NCBI GenBank assembly: GCA_903813345.2
Contig: CAIIXF020000001.1
Location: 6,510,001-6,574,000 of the forward strand
Direction of reading: 5' to 3'
Length of the DNA: 64,000 bases
Origin: Owenia fusiformis
Lineage: Eukaryota
Shown here: in pieces, positions 37,701-52,386 of the stretch
How the letters are laid out: the number at the start of each line of letters is the position of its first letter
Numbering within the stretch: the stretch's first letter is position 1
Translations under genes and position numbers: made by a program
Notes under the pieces: model-generated
What the model saw: the letters and a program-made list of their open reading frames with translations, nothing else
What the model was told of the DNA's origin: nothing
Databases searched by the model: none

Positions 37701-40700
37701 ATTTATGGCACATTTGGGAAATCTTAAAGACCCAATTTTGACCTTTCACTTTTGAAGTGCAATCATGTGTGGAAATTGAAATCTATCATTATACATTTCA
37801 GTCTTCTAATCATGTGTTAGTGCACTTCTTGTTGCTAGGGTCATAGCTGATTAAGTTGGTTGCTAGGTTACTTTGAGACAATCAGATTCAGTTGATTCTA
37901 TTCTATTAATTTGAGGCTTGAGGCTGTCCAATCTACAAGACAGTACAAGACCAGTACAGTAAATATATTTTGTCAATACTATATTATATAGAGTTTTACC
38001 AAGTCTTGGTTCAAATTTGCGTTTAATTGGAAGAGAACAGGATATTCAATGATGATGTCACACGACTGAAACAAATTATGAAACAAACAACTCTTCTGGG
38101 GAAGACATCCACTGTTCCTGTAAAAGAAGGAAAAGAGAATCAGAGATCAGAATAGAATTACATGTGAAACCTGTTAACTCTCATGTTAACTTACACTTAA
38201 CCAAATTTGTATATCACTCTTCCAAAAATTTAGAAAATGATTAATATTATGTTAAAACCATGTATTATGGATACACCATACTAATATTTTGTTATACATG
38301 TATATATAACAGAAATGATACAGGATACATGGGTGAAACTAGTTAAAGAGCATCCTGCTGTCTGCCTTAAAACATTGAAAATTATATCCCATAGAAGCAG
38401 TAAAATTAATGTCCTCTTCAGCTTAATTATGCCTCTTGTGTTCTTGGATTCTGGGTACCTTCCTGATATATAGATATATAGAATGCTCTCGATCTCCATA
38501 CTGGCTAAAATTCTTTGTAAACAAGTAGTTCCTTACTGAGAGAGTTTAGCTCCCTTTCTTTTTGAAACTGTTCCATATAGAGAGGTGTTCACTTCAAAGA
38601 GGTGTTTCATTACAACCATTTTTAATCATTTTACTGTCCATTCTGTCCAAAACAATTTACAAATTAAAATAATTTTGTAAATCTTTTCCATTGAGAAAAG
38701 AATTAAACAATGAGAATTGAATGAATAAAGTGCTAATCTAATGAATATTTCGTGAATCAAATTAACTTTTCTAATTACATATGAGATAATTCATTATGCA
38801 CATGGGGATGCCCTTTGACAAATTTTATGATTTATTTAGGAAATGAAAATGAAATTCATTGTTTGGGACTGAAATAAATCAGACATACTGTGATTTTATC
38901 CAAATGTCTTATTGAGATGTATTTCCCTTGGGTTAATTGGAACCATGTTTAAACCATTTTTTCTGAACATTGAAGATGTCATTTATAAGCACAATCAACT
39001 AAGATGTTGTTTCAAAGAATACAGACATTCATTCATAAAATTTTGTCAAAGTGTGCCATGATTTTCCTTGGGCTTTCCAAAATCAACTATAGTCTATTCA
39101 GTAACATTTAACAATTGAGAGACCAAAACCAATTTTTCCCCCAAATTAAACAATCATTATATGAGAACTACCAGATAAAGGAATTTTTGAAAGCCAAGGC
39201 TGTAAAACATATTTTTTGATTCCATATACAAGCTCCTGATTTTTTGGAATAGAAATGATTAGTTTTCCCAAGTATGAATGTTTCATCCAATATATCACAA
39301 ATGGGATGCATTTAGTAATATTAACTCTATATACTAATTTCTAATTATCTGTATTGGTGCTTTCCCTATAGATCCAAAGACTACCCTCAATTAATAGTCT
39401 TGGAACACTTTTATCATAATATATAGGGACTATCCCAAAGAATGCACTTCAAAATTGCCTAACAACTTTCAACTAACTAGCTATTGTATATTTGGAATAT
39501 CCAATCTCACCCATGATTGTATTCTCTCAGGAGCATATGAGCTTTAGTTACATTTCTTGTTCATCTGCAATTCAGGAATGTGCCTGTTGTGATCAGCATT
39601 ACCAAAACAGCAAATCTGACCAGGTCAGTTGCTTAAATGGGAGCAGGAGAAAGACATGGCAAAATGAGTCTGTAACTGACAAGCTTTAGGCGCTATAATG
39701 ACTTGATTCCGGACAATTTGTTTTTTTCCCAGTGAGGAGTTATATCAGTTTCCGCCATTCCTACCCCAATTTCTATTTATGTGACCATCACAAGTGGTGG
39801 ATGGCATTTGGTGATTGGTGTTAAGCATTTGACAGTTGGTATTCGGCAGTTTGGCATCTGTAACAAATGGTAGGTGGTGACATTTTTATAATGGCTTGTT
39901 TTATAATCCTCTCTTTTCCCAAACAGTGTATTGCGTGATAATCAGGATTGGATTCAGAGGAAGGAAACTCAAATGTAATACAAAAATGCCTAAAACTGTT
40001 TTCATATGCATTAGATTTCATGTTTTTCTGTTGTGGGAGTTTCTGTTTCAAAACTTACTGCTTTAAAGTACAACCTAACTCATCGTCACAACATATATGT
40101 CAAAATGACTTATTACTAATTCTATATTGTTATCAGAGCTGTAACTTGACAGTAGAACTTACTATGTCAACCTGACTGACTGATTGTGGCTGCAGGTGTT
40201 GCTTTTCATGAAGCACTACACGCACACCCCCCCCCCCCCCCCACAAAAAAATTTCATTGAAAACCATGCACTTTTTTACGATTTCGGGCCAAAAAGAGAT
40301 TTGAGGTCAGAATTGAAAATTTGAACCCTTCTCCCTGAAATGTAGTTCTTGTATAAAAATTCCCTACTGTTTGCTAATTTACCTCTTTAACAATTATCAA
40401 TTTCACCAAAAGACATCACATTTATTAGTTTTTTTCTAGAGAAGCTTAACCAGTAATATATTATTGTTGAATTAGTTTTCCTCACATTTTCATTTATGGC
40501 TGTTAGGAGATTTATTGCTGGAGATTATTCATATTGATCATTCACATTAGCTCTCTCCAAATGAATCAAAACTCTGGACAACACAATGTATCACCTAGGT
40601 CAATTCCTCACTCAAAAATCATTAATTTCGCTTGGAGATTGTCAGCACATTAAATTGAAGAGGGTGTTATTGGAAACTGCTCAAGGAAGAAGTGACTATC

Positions 40701-43700
40701 AATATCACTTGGCAGCTAACTACCCAGAAATCATAGTATGATGCTATGGAAACGAATGTGTTGTTACATAGTCTTACATGTTATACATAGTTCAGTTCAA
40801 TTGTAATTGTGCATTACAGGTGAATTTTGTTGAAAGAAATAAGAAATGATGATGTAACTGTAGCAGATGTTGTTCTCCAATATTTTAGTTCCGATCTTCA
40901 AAGGTATGAAAAACAAGAGTGTGAAATACTGATATTCACAACAGATATTTAGTATGAGAGTCATGGCTGGGGTTGGATATGGTAGATATTGGTATGATAC
41001 ATGGTTTATTTATTATAATAAGGAATATTTATAATTTTTATCAAACCTTTTACATTGGTGATTCATAAATGAAACGAGTTTTGTCAGATTATCATAACTT
41101 AATCAATCATAACCTACAAAAACACTAATCATCAATATTTTCTCATAGGCTCTGAGCAGAATTCAACAAAGGAATCAATTAGTCCAAATCTCATTATTGT
41201 AACTATAATCATCCTATTAATCGCATGCAGAAAATCTCTAAAATAGGTATAGCGCAAATCATGTACAATATGAATAATAACATAAAATATGAATGGTATT
41301 GACATATTGTTTAATAATACATGTGTAAATTGGGGTCTTATTGTTGGAGAAGTGCTGTACCAATATAAGCATTGATTTTTATGTAATTCAACTCCTTTTG
41401 CTCATTTTAGCGATCAATTGAAGGCAATCAGTAAATCAATTCTACTCTCATAAAAGCCAAAGGAATATGTCTATTACATGTGACCTTTAACATTGCAAAG
41501 ACTGGGGTTGTGTCTGTAATTAATACAGTAAACAGCAATGTTATATCAAACACTTTAAAAGATAAAGTAAAGAGCACCTGTAGCTTTAAGCACTATATTA
41601 ACATAAGTATGAGATAATTATAGTTTCGTTATGATAATTATCTCCAATGAACAGTTGATAAAAAGGGAACCATTAATATGTCATTTAGACATATAGTTTT
41701 ATGGTGGGACATATGCACATATTGTAATATTATGGATCTTGGATCTATTAACCAAGGAGAAATTAATAAAATGTTTTGCATACCCTCCCACATTTATGTG
41801 AAACTACAGAACAATATGTTATTAATAATTGATTAAGGCCCATCAGGACTTGTAAAAAAGAAGTTTTTGTTTTGCCTTCTTCATCATGAACCAATTTATA
41901 GGATATTAGAAAAATAAAAGATTCTAAGTTCATCCTTTTAACAAAACAAAATAATGCTAAACGTATCATTTTAACTACACTGGCCCTAGCTTCTGGGTAC
42001 AAAATGTCAACTTATAATATGAAATTTAATTTTATTATTACAATGTACTTGATGTTTTGGCAACAATTTTCATTTCATTTTTAATCAATCAGTCTTGCAA
42101 AATGTACTTAATCCTGGTATTAAATGTCAAAGCTCTCAATTGACTTTTGCAATTTTAAATGTAGAAATGTGAAATGTTCTTTTTATATCAAAATAGACAA
42201 TTACAAACAAATGAATTTACTTCATAAAGCTGCACATAAAGATCAAGGGAATTATGTCAATAGATAAAGTCTATAATTTCACTCTAGGGTGAAGCAAAAA
42301 TGATGTCATTAGATAAACACACGTTCAATTCACAAAATGCTCATAATGTTGGCAAAATTGTCAGTTTTACTAGAGATCAGCAAGGATCTTTATTCAGATA
42401 TGCCCCAATATATAAGCAGTGTAGCGTGAAATAAGGAAACCAAGTAAAGTGATGGAAAACTAGATTGTTGTAGCAAAAATCTATAAAAGTAATCTCCATA
42501 CCTAAATGCCAATGACATGTAACTATTAGCTGAATGGGAGTTTTGTACAAGCAATTCAATGAATTTGTGCAAAGAATACTAAAAGAGCAAATGTCTCCAT
42601 GTAACGCAGTTGTAAATACATCCATAGATATACTCTGAGCCACAGAAACTTGTGGTCTTACTAATCTCCGCATATGACAGAAATGGAAAAATAAAAAATA
42701 ACCTGCTTGAGTTGAGTTGAATTTTTATTATTATTGACTATTCTGATTAGGTAAGGCTAGTTCAAATGGAGCTTTTCAAAGAGTGTAGATGAAATTATGC
42801 GAAGGGTAGTTTAAGACTTGATGTTTAATGAACATGTAAATATTTGAGAGTTTTTGGCTTGAACTTCATACTTTCAACCCACACATCCTTCCTCTAACAT
42901 ATTTATGCTAATGATATATAGTTTGTTTAACAATGTTGTGGTTTAGAGGAAATGAAGTCGTTATTAACAAAAACCTTCCCATGTTGGTGGAACAAATGAT
43001 TTGATTGTTCATGTAGATAGTATCATCACCACATCCATCATCTTTTCTTGAAATCTTTTCACTTATCCAGGAAAATAACCTTAAGTTACTTTAAAGAATT
43101 AAATTATGAATCAAAACAATCATTAGTAATTTGTGTAGGATCATACCATGGGTTGACATGTGTAGATATTACACAGGACTGTGATAAGTCCAAATGTCGG
43201 CCATTCTCCCCCCCCCCCTCCAATATGTGAAGCCTGCTCACCTCTTCCCCAGATCTGAAGGATCCATTTGGATGATGATGTGAATCAGGGATTCATTGTA
43301 TCTTATGATTTACTACCAATCAACATTCATTTAAAAGTTTGTGTAGGAATTGTTCAAATTGCGATCATATCAAAAATGGATCCCAGTATCCGTGACGATA
43401 TAGCTCAAGAAATGTTGCCTTAATTATTTTAAAATATTCTATGCAGGGGCGTAGGAAGGTGTAAATTCAACACTACGCCAAAGAATCCCACCAAAAATAT
43501 GAAACAATTGTGTCAAATCTTCTTTATCAAAACGCCTATTTTATTGTCATTTTATGGCAACAGAGATTTTAAGGTTGCAATGTTTTCACAACCTAAATGT
43601 GAACGGAAATAGTTAAGCGATGTATTTGTATGGGCGATTGGTCATACGTATAGGTTGGCGTTTCGATTTTATGTGCAAGCTTAATATCCCTGATACCCTT

Positions 43701-46700
43701 TTTAATGTGCTTAAAATGTTCGAATGATTTTCATCATTTAAAATCACCATGGAAAGCCGATCTTTTAAATCTCGACACAAATCATTCTCACTTTTCCTTT
43801 TGTCTCGAACGATAAAGACGATCGATTTCCAAATAACAATGAGAGATTTTTAATCATTTTCGAATAATTGAATTGAGATATATATTATTGTCGGAATCCA
43901 TCGTGTATAGTACCGTGCAATACGACACGTACAGATTAAAGAATCTAGCTTGATCAATTGATTTAAAGAAACGCATTCGTGATCAATGATACAATTAATC
44001 CTAATGTATGCAACCTTTTTTATAACACCAGTTCGCAAGACCAAATAAACCTCCTACCTAAAGGTCAAATCGAGGTCAGCGTGACTTAGGGGGTGCCAAA
44101 AATGTTATATTTCATAAAAACAATAATCTATTATCTTTCAAATGAAATAAAAATCTAGGTAATAGCTTTTCTAGAACTGAAATCAATGGAACGCGTAATT
44201 GAATAATCAACATTTTCAAGTTATTTTTGTCTTTAACATTCATATTTCAAGAAGTACTACCAATAACAATCGGTGATTTAGTAAGAAAATAGATAATTGC
44301 TGACTTAACTATGATTTCTGTCTATGATTTTGCCTAGCAAAGGAATATAAATCGATATAGTGAAATTGAAAAATTGGGGGTAGGGGAGAATAAAAATATA
44401 CATCTAATTTAAATAAAAGAGGTTCATCATTATAATTAAACGATACCACAGTTTGCATAAGCATTACGGAACATGCGCAAAAATTGCAAAGGTATTCATC
44501 AAGTAGTTTTTGATAAAAAAAACTGTTTTTCTCTCGTGAAGAGAACGAGAATCACGAATATTTGGCGAAATTTTATTTTAGTTTTAAAATCCATAAGATA
44601 GTCAGTCAATAGTGACTCGATTTTCATGAAATAAAGCATGTTGGTAAGAGAATTCAATCTGTTAATTGATTATTTGCCAAACAGAGCAATAATGATTACT
44701 TTGCATTTTCTACAGTATTAGAATTGTAGAAACAAGGTATTAACTTTCAATATTTCATTTTTCAAAAAGTGTCATTTATCTGTGGCCAATCATATGGTAT
44801 CCACAAACATTTCTTTAGGCTAGTGTGCTCGAGATTACTTTTGCACAATACAATAAGAAAATATGAATAAAGAACATAGGTAAATTAATAAGCCTTTTTA
44901 TTCTCACTTTTCAACACTACGCACTGGCGTTTTGGCGTACATTGTTCCTACGCCACTGCTATGACAACATATCCTTGTTCTATTTTCAGATCAAAAGATC
45001 TACCTGACTCGATGTACAGATGGTGCAGTTCGTTACGAGGGCTACAGATCAGGGACAATCGTTTCCCAACAACGTGGGTTAAACTATACAACAGGAATAG
45101 ACTGTAAAGTTATAATTGGTGTACCTGAAGGGTATTATATAAGACTGAGATTCTCGAAGTTTGAAGTACAAGAACCACAAGATGGCAATTGTCTCGACTT
45201 TGTCAGAGTTTTTGAAGGTTTGTAAAACAGATGAATTTTTTTTTCTTTTTATATTCTTTTTATTACTTGAAAATAATGATAGGTTAGGAATCCATGTAAT
45301 AATCTTTCTATTATTGAAAAAAAAGATTTTAGTTCTCATTATATATTTTTTTCTTTATTTGGATTCCCTTATTAAAGGGGATTACAGTACAAGACTTAAA
45401 CTAGCCTCTGAAGTCAGTCCATATTGCAAGTCTTGTGTCTTGGTTTTGTGTATACATGTACTATAGGAAGACATTGCACTCTGTTTATGTTAGCTCAAAT
45501 ATGATATTATAAAAATGTTACTATATTAAGACCACTTCTGAAGTGGGGATTCTCATATTTAACAGTAAATATGTGTATTACATACCTAGCGAAGCATTTG
45601 TATGGAAGTCAATGGGAAAGTTAGCGAGCTATATCCACCGATATTGCCCGATTACCCCGATATAGCCCGCTTACCTCGTTTTGATATTAGATTTCTTTAA
45701 TAACCATGATAATATCATGACGTCACGTCATTGATACAAAGTAACCATGGGAACAAAGGCATGTAATACATCAGTTATGTCACTATGACGTGAAATATGC
45801 CTGAGTTCTCCCAATATAGGCCGACCTTGGGAGGCTCTATATTTGGGCAAGAACTCAGGCATATTTCACGTCATAGTGACATAACCTCTAAGTATATGAA
45901 CTCCTCTCTTACAAGTGAAATATGAACACCTTTTTGTACCATTGACTCCTGACCCCATATTACCATGCATTTGCTTCCATGTGAACACCTCAAACAAACA
46001 GACAGTCCCATGCAATCTTTTTCTTTCTGTACTTTTATTTCATTTAAATGATATCTCTTCAGGTCAGACAACCCAGTGGAAGCCATTATCTTCTAAACTA
46101 TGTGGCAATATAATGCCCCCTGCTATTATGAGCAGCAGCAACTATGTGACAATCTGGTGGAAGACAGACAACACTCAGGGGAACTCATTGCCAGGGTGGC
46201 AGGTTGAGTTTAAAAGAAGGAGAGGATACACAGGTGAGTTAATTCGAGTTTTAATATGGTGTTGTTATCTTAAGTGGTGATTACTCTCAGACCCACCTAT
46301 ACTGAGCCAGGTCCATCTTAAGGTTTAATTATTAGAAGGGGCCTTTAGGAGAAAAGTTCAAATAAAAACCATAAGACATTGTGTTTTATTTCAGAAGTGT
46401 TGGGGAAAATTCACTTTTGAAGATGTATTAATTTTTGATACAAAAAATACAGAACTATGAATAACTTGTAATGTTGTTTTTCAGTTGAAAGAAGACACTG
46501 TCTCCACTGCAATAGCTCTGATGAGACATCAAGCTGTTTCGCAAATACCACAACTGTAAAATCCATGAAATGTCCTGCTGGAAAGCCCCACTGTTACAGC
46601 TTAGCCAGATACATCAACAATACGGGAGAATTTCTGGGGGTAGAGCGGGGGTGTTTTAGTAATGATGGGGATATTATTTGTCCCCAAGATTCGCACTGTT

Positions 46701-46867
46701 CACATTATCGTTGCAATGCAGATGATTGTAATACATCAGACTTTGAATTCCTTACACCACCAAAACTAAGATATATCCCCCTGTACAGGGGTTTCTTAAG
46801 GATATTCTATGCATTGGATATAGTGTGTAAAAGTTTAATAACACTCTTGTTTGGAGTACAATTTTAG
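31761..46867 (+). CDS. Secreted or membrane-anchored protein: signal peptide + CUB domain + Ly6/uPAR (three-finger) domain, 284 aa
   Basis: Exons 31761-31833 (MEYPSICSIIGTLILVYIISPIQC, signal peptide), 44990-45217 and 46063-46233 (CUB: GTIVS...NYTTGIDCKVIIGVPEGYYIRLRFSKFEV...CLDFVRVFEG...LCGN...SSSNYVTIWWKTD...GWQVEF), and 46485-46867 (10 Cys, ERGC and CNADDCN). All introns are phase 1; 855 nt total. The link from exon 1 across the 13-kb intron is inferred from phase and protein logic. Confidence 0.82.
32393..32499 (+). mobile_element. MITE of the CAGGCCCGTAGCCAGG family, copy 2 (internally deleted)
   Basis: Same TIRs as 31134-31339; flanked by TTTAAT on both sides. Confidence 0.8.
43444..44958. 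mobile_element. 1.5-kb non-autonomous TIR element with 5-bp TSD (hAT5-like)
   Basis: CAGGGGCGTAGGAA...TTCCTACGCCACTG termini; TSD CTATG (43439-43443, 44959-44963); subterminal CAACACTACGC at both ends; no coding capacity seen. Confidence 0.8.
45774..45885. repeat. Long hairpin at the end of a probable non-autonomous element (~45585-45890)
   Basis: 36-bp perfect IR GTTATGTCACTATGACGTGAAATATGCCTGAGTTCT, extending imperfectly inward, followed by CTCTA. The same layout occurs at ~21345-21475. Confidence 0.8.
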
Positions 46868-48160
46868 TGTGAAGTCCTGTCAAATGGATACTATCAATGG
46901 ATACTATCGTTAAAAGTAGACATCAGGCTGGTTTTTTTACTAGAGACAATCATAATATGTGTTTAAGTGTATAAAACACTAAAAGTATACAAATATACAC
47001 CAAAGTCAAATGGCAAAGTGCAAAAGTATGCCCCTCACAAATTGAGTTCCACCATCAGGAAGTGGGACAAGTTGACAAACCCAATCCCTATACAGAGGAG
47101 GAAGGGACCATTGAACAGTATGGAGACCAAGGTGAACTGATGCCAAAGTAATAGTGGATACATGTTCATAGAGGAGCAAAGGAGGAGTGATATACATCTC
47201 ATATATAGTATAGTTATTTTGTGTAGACATAGTTAAATATAGATAAACTAAAGGATGTGATTAGGGAGAAATGCATCAAACAATGGTGCTTGAAAGATGA
47301 GGAAGATCTGTGGACGACTGAAGTGTTAAACAATATCAAGTATATTTTTATTTTCAAGAAACCAAATAAAAACATTTTGAAGGAAACAAGCATCTCTCTT
47401 TTGAAAAGATTTTTAGTTTTGACCTCGGAACTTTCTTAAATTATGGGCTCCTTCAGTTGGTTGAATATACCACACTACTATCTGACCCAAATAGTTCAAC
47501 CTTCATTCTGGGAGTGGGACTGTAGCAATTAAAGTTACTAAACTACGTTCACCCTATATTGAAGGAGAAAAAAGTGAGAGTCCAGAGGAGAAACTACTTC
47601 ATAATATTTCATCACATCTTATTGTATTTTCCATTGCAATATGCCTCCGCATGTAGATGTAAAAGTTGGGAAAAAGTGTTGAAACCTGCAAGTGATGCAA
47701 CATTCCTGGCCTTCCACACAAATGTATCAGTTATTTATCATAACATACTGTTAATGTCACTCATACTAAGTACCTAAAGGCCAAATTCCATATGCAGGGG
47801 CCAGAGATCAAAACATTTGTTTAGCATTCATCATAAACTACACAAACTGTTTGTTTTGAAGTTATTGTTACATTTTTGTGTTAGTTGTTCATGAATATTT
47901 ATAACAAAGTTTGTTTAGTACAATAAACCTTGTACAGGAGTAGCTCATTAAAGGGCAGCCTTTAGGGAGTTGACTGGCTGTGGACTTTGTTTATTACAAA
48001 TAAATTCATAGTTATAGAAATTAGAGTAAGTAAACACAAAGTATGCCAGTCAAAGAAGTTAACTATTGGTTGGGCCACTTTTTATAATCCATCCACTCAT
48101 ATAAAGTAAAAGTACTAAATATAAAGTAAATACAGAGTGTACATAAACTTTTAATTATAT

Positions 48161-48360
48161 CAGGGGTGTAGCCAGGATTTAAAATGAGGTGAGGCAAATA
48201 TGAATAGGTGAGGCAAATTTATACTAAAAGAGGTACATGTATATTACTTGCCATTTGACTTGAATTCCACAGAGATAGTTGAAGAAATCAGAAAAACATA
48301 TTTCTGTAAAATGTTGGTGAGGGAGTGCCCCCTTTTGCCTCATGCCTGGCTATATCCATG
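48161..48360. mobile_element. Degenerate MITE related to the CAGG..GTAGCCAGG family
   Basis: CAGGGGTGTAGCCAGG start, CCTGGCTATATCCATG end, internal GAGGCAAA/TTTGCCTC; flanks TATAT/TATGT. Confidence 0.55.
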
Positions 48361-49799
48361 TATGTGTAAATAGTAATCTTCCTTAGTAGCCTTTTTGTTT
48401 TATTTAAACTTTACAGTTATAGCTAAAGTTCTAGTTTAAATATTACAAATCTGTTATTTTAGTTTACATTGAAGCCTATTGAATATAATGCTGCAGAGAA
48501 TACAGTGGTTTAATATGTTTTAAAGTAGTAAGCAATGTTTTAATGAAACTTATGCATTACTTAATGAGAAATTTAATGAGTTATAATTTAATACTCTTAT
48601 GAAAGAGTAGTTTTTAATTTTTTTAATTTTCTAACAATTTATTGTTTTCCAAAGTGCCAATTTTAGTTTAGTAGTTATGATTTTAGGGAACTAGAATACA
48701 ATTTAGGAATTTAATACAATGCAGAAGAATTGTATTATATCACCATGCATGAATGTGTGTAAGATAGTTATACCAGTTGTATCTTTTTAAAGTGCAATGT
48801 TGGCCAAATCTTAGTGGATAATATGAGAAATATTGTTTACAAGACAAACTCAAAAGGAATGGGTGGCATTTAAGTTAAGTCGTTTTATCTGAAATCATGG
48901 TAATAAAATAAGAAATGCATAGTATGTACATAGTGCAGCCTTTACAAGTAGTTTAAGCTTTGCATAACTACCGTGTCATAAGTTGAAATACCATTGTTTT
49001 ATGTTGAATTTATTTGTGGTGGTTTACCACTCATTTCAAGCTTTAAATACATTTTGATATTACTTTAATACTGTCATTTTATAACATTGATGCTCATTAC
49101 ATGAAGTTGCAAAATAATATGTTTCCTAAACACTAGTCTCTTATTATATTATTTACTATAGTATGTATAATATACTTGCTGTAAATGTGTATACATGTAC
49201 TATAACTATACAGGAGTTTCACTCTGGAAAATTTTTAACTCATGGGTCGAACTGTGAATTGTGAATATCAAAGGAAGATCTCTAGAACTCAAGGGAAGAG
49301 CCCAGCCCTTCTTAGAAGACTTGTGCTTGTATTTTAAAGGGGAAAAATAGTTTAGGTTTGAGTTCAATAAAAAATATCTTTGACTTCATTCTCGGAGTCG
49401 GGGTATCTTCAATTTGAACACAAGTCATAATGTCCAAAAAGAAGACAATGGTTTTCTAGGAATCATAAGTTACCAAAAATGGATCATTGTATCTGCAAGT
49501 TCTAAGTACTGAAACATGGTTGGTTTATTGACAAAGTTTAGGGTTTAAAATGAGGGAATTCTAGGTACAGTTGGGAAAAGCTATTCTGGTTTATGATAAA
49601 AAATGTTTGCAAGGTCTAATGGTCATCTTCTTAGCTTAAAAAAGTACATTAAGTTATGAATGTTCCAGAATGGACTCCAAGTCATCATTTATTTTTTGTG
49701 CTACATTGTACATAAACATTTCAGTATTATATCATAATAAATCCATGACTATTCAATGACAGTTAATGTTCTGTTTTATGAATGATTTCAAAAGCTTTA

Positions 49800-50030
49800 A
49801 GAGAACACTGAAGTGACCTCTCTCCAGTGAACACCTTTACTGAATACATTTCACTGCCTAGTGAACACTTCGTCATTAGTAAACACCCCCCCCCCCACCT
49901 CCCTTTAGTGAATACCTTTACTTAACACCTCTCTCCTCTTGTGAAGGTATTTATTTAAGTGAATACCTCTCTCTATTGAGCACCTTTTTATAGTGAACAC
50001 CCCATCTCTCCCTCTATTGAACACCTTTAC
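49800..50030 (+). repeat. Degenerate tandem array of GTGAACACC-containing units
   Basis: About ten gtgaacacc/tgaatac/aacacct variants; one more unit resumes at ~50611 after the MITE insertion. Confidence 0.65.
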
Positions 50031-50032
50031 TA

Positions 50033-50608
50033 CAGGATGTCCTGAAAGAATGGGACCTTCCCCAAGTCAGAAATATACCAATGTCTCCATGTATGTGTCA
50101 TATATCATTTTAAAGCTACATTGATTTGCCAAGTTTCATGGTTCAACTCACAAATCTGAAAAAGTATTCAGTTCTGACCTGAATTTACCTGAAAATATGG
50201 GTGTTATCCTCAAAGGTAAGCAGTAAGATGGATATTGATTTGGAAAAGAGGATGGTGAGGGCAAAAACTCCAAGGAAACTCTTCTAACATTCTTTGAAAA
50301 GATTTTATAAGGAATCACAAAATGCCACACCCCTTTATTTGAGGTGATTTTAAGGGTATATCCAAATAAATTGCTGCTGTGAACATGGCCAAGGGGGTAC
50401 ACACGAACTATTAATTTGTTGTAGAACTGAACTTGGACAAACACTTAATTTTGAAATGCCTGTAACTTTTTCACATGTGTTGTTAGTTGACCTATGATAC
50501 TTGGCAAAACAATGTAACTTTGGATAAGCTTTAAAATGATATATAACATAATATAGAGACATTAGTATATGTCTGCCTAGGGGAATCCCATACTTTCTGG
50601 ACACCCTG
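50033..50608. mobile_element. Tc1/mariner-type MITE
   Basis: CAGGATGTCC...GGACACCCTG termini, TA on both flanks, imperfect TIRs over 100 bp (e.g. TATATCATTTTAAAGCT / AGCTTTAAAATGATATA). Confidence 0.8.
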
Positions 50609-52386
50609 TACAGTGCACACCTCTCTCAATCAGTAAAACCAGCCATTAAAAAAACAAGAATATTGCATTTTATTTTCCCGAATAGTACTCCCGATAATGA
50701 AAACGTCAACCTTTTGCTGCATGTAACCTGACACAGAGATTAGCTACATCAGATAATTCAATAGAGCCCTGGATATACAGTTTAGATTCATTCCTAGATT
50801 GTCTCCTAGATGGTTTATAGGCTTATGAATAATTACTTGTCCCAGGCTCCACAGTTGATAACTTCATATGCACACTGTTATTCAATCAATGTAGAAACGA
50901 TAAACTCATCATTACCTAACTTTGTCACATGTATATGCTTCACAAACTACAATGCTATGAGTAACTAGTATTGTAGTAACTAGTAAAGCTGCCAGTGGGT
51001 TAGATGTAACAAGATTTTTTATATTGTAATGTAGTATCATGGGCTATTTAGCGGCACAGGAAACACCTGGGCACTTTATCTTAAAATTATGTAACAATAC
51101 ATATATCATCTTGACCCACCAGGGTACTACACATACATGTAACATCTATAACCGAGGAGTATGAGTAGCCTATTTTAAAGGTATGACATGAATGGCATGA
51201 TTCAAGGAATACATGCAGCAGTGCTCAACTGATAAATCCTGTGTTTTGCCAAAACATAAAGTGCAAAAGTTCTTCAAACATTGGAGGTGGTTTCAGTTAC
51301 ATACGTTGGTTTGAGGCTGTATGCAGACAACTTTCAGTCCAAGAAATCTCGGGAGGTTTTCTAAAGGGACCACATGAAATCATTGATGCAAGCTAAATCA
51401 TAAAGTGAATGTGAATCACCCAAATACTACTTTCCTTGGTGACTTAATCTAAAGTGTTGGTGCACATAAGACTAGTAAAATAGTATTTCACCCCTTTCCC
51501 CAGTTCCCCATCTTGGATTTTCAAGATATGATGTTTTCAAATCAAACTGGGAAACTGGGGGTATGCTGGTTCCCACCCAGAGACAAATTCAACTTCATGG
51601 TTGGCAATACATCGATGTTATTAAGAATAATGCACAATAAGAACACAGGATAAGAATAACGTAGAACATGTGAATTTCCATGACTTTATTCAACATAGTT
51701 CATGTACATTCATTTTTTGTATCAAACTTATACTATAAAAGAGATTCTGTAGAATACATCAGAGACATAATGGCACATTTTGGAATGTTAAAAACATTGA
51801 TCTGTAGTGGAACATGGTAACATTTCGTAATTTCAGTCAAATATTGACTTTCCATCATGATATTGACATTTCTATCTTGTTGAATCAGCATGCTGAAGAC
51901 TAAATAACAGCTAGATTCCTGAAGCATACAAAATTGTATTGGCGACGCTATCTATTGAGAGATAAGAAGTTAAATCTCTACATTTACCTAAAACATGTTT
52001 TGTTCAAAAGATAGTATCATGTTGGGATTTAGGCTACAGGCACCCACATAATGCAACACATACAGCAATAAGTATCACTGCTAAATAGAGATTCATTTCA
52101 CATTCCTAATCAATGCATATAATTTGTGAGTTTCTTATAATTGACCTTTGGTACTATTCGTGTCTAACCTTACTCAATATAATGTAACAGTGTTTCTCCA
52201 TTCTTAAAGAAACATCTTGAACAGAACATGGTTACATTTTATATATTGTAACAATATTTCCCATCTTTTAGTGATATTTAATATCCATTGGAGTGTCATC
52301 TATAGATGTTGTTTTACAACAAGTGGCAAAAGTGTTAGCTAGTGTCAATATCAAAAATCATATCTCATATTATCCATGAATTAAGG

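Noticed and set aside
40820-41247. Two AG/GT-bounded segments (40820-40903, 41150-41247) as extra exons of the CUB-Ly6 gene
   Set aside because: No recognisable domain, not needed for frame continuity, and the first has a stop in the required phase.
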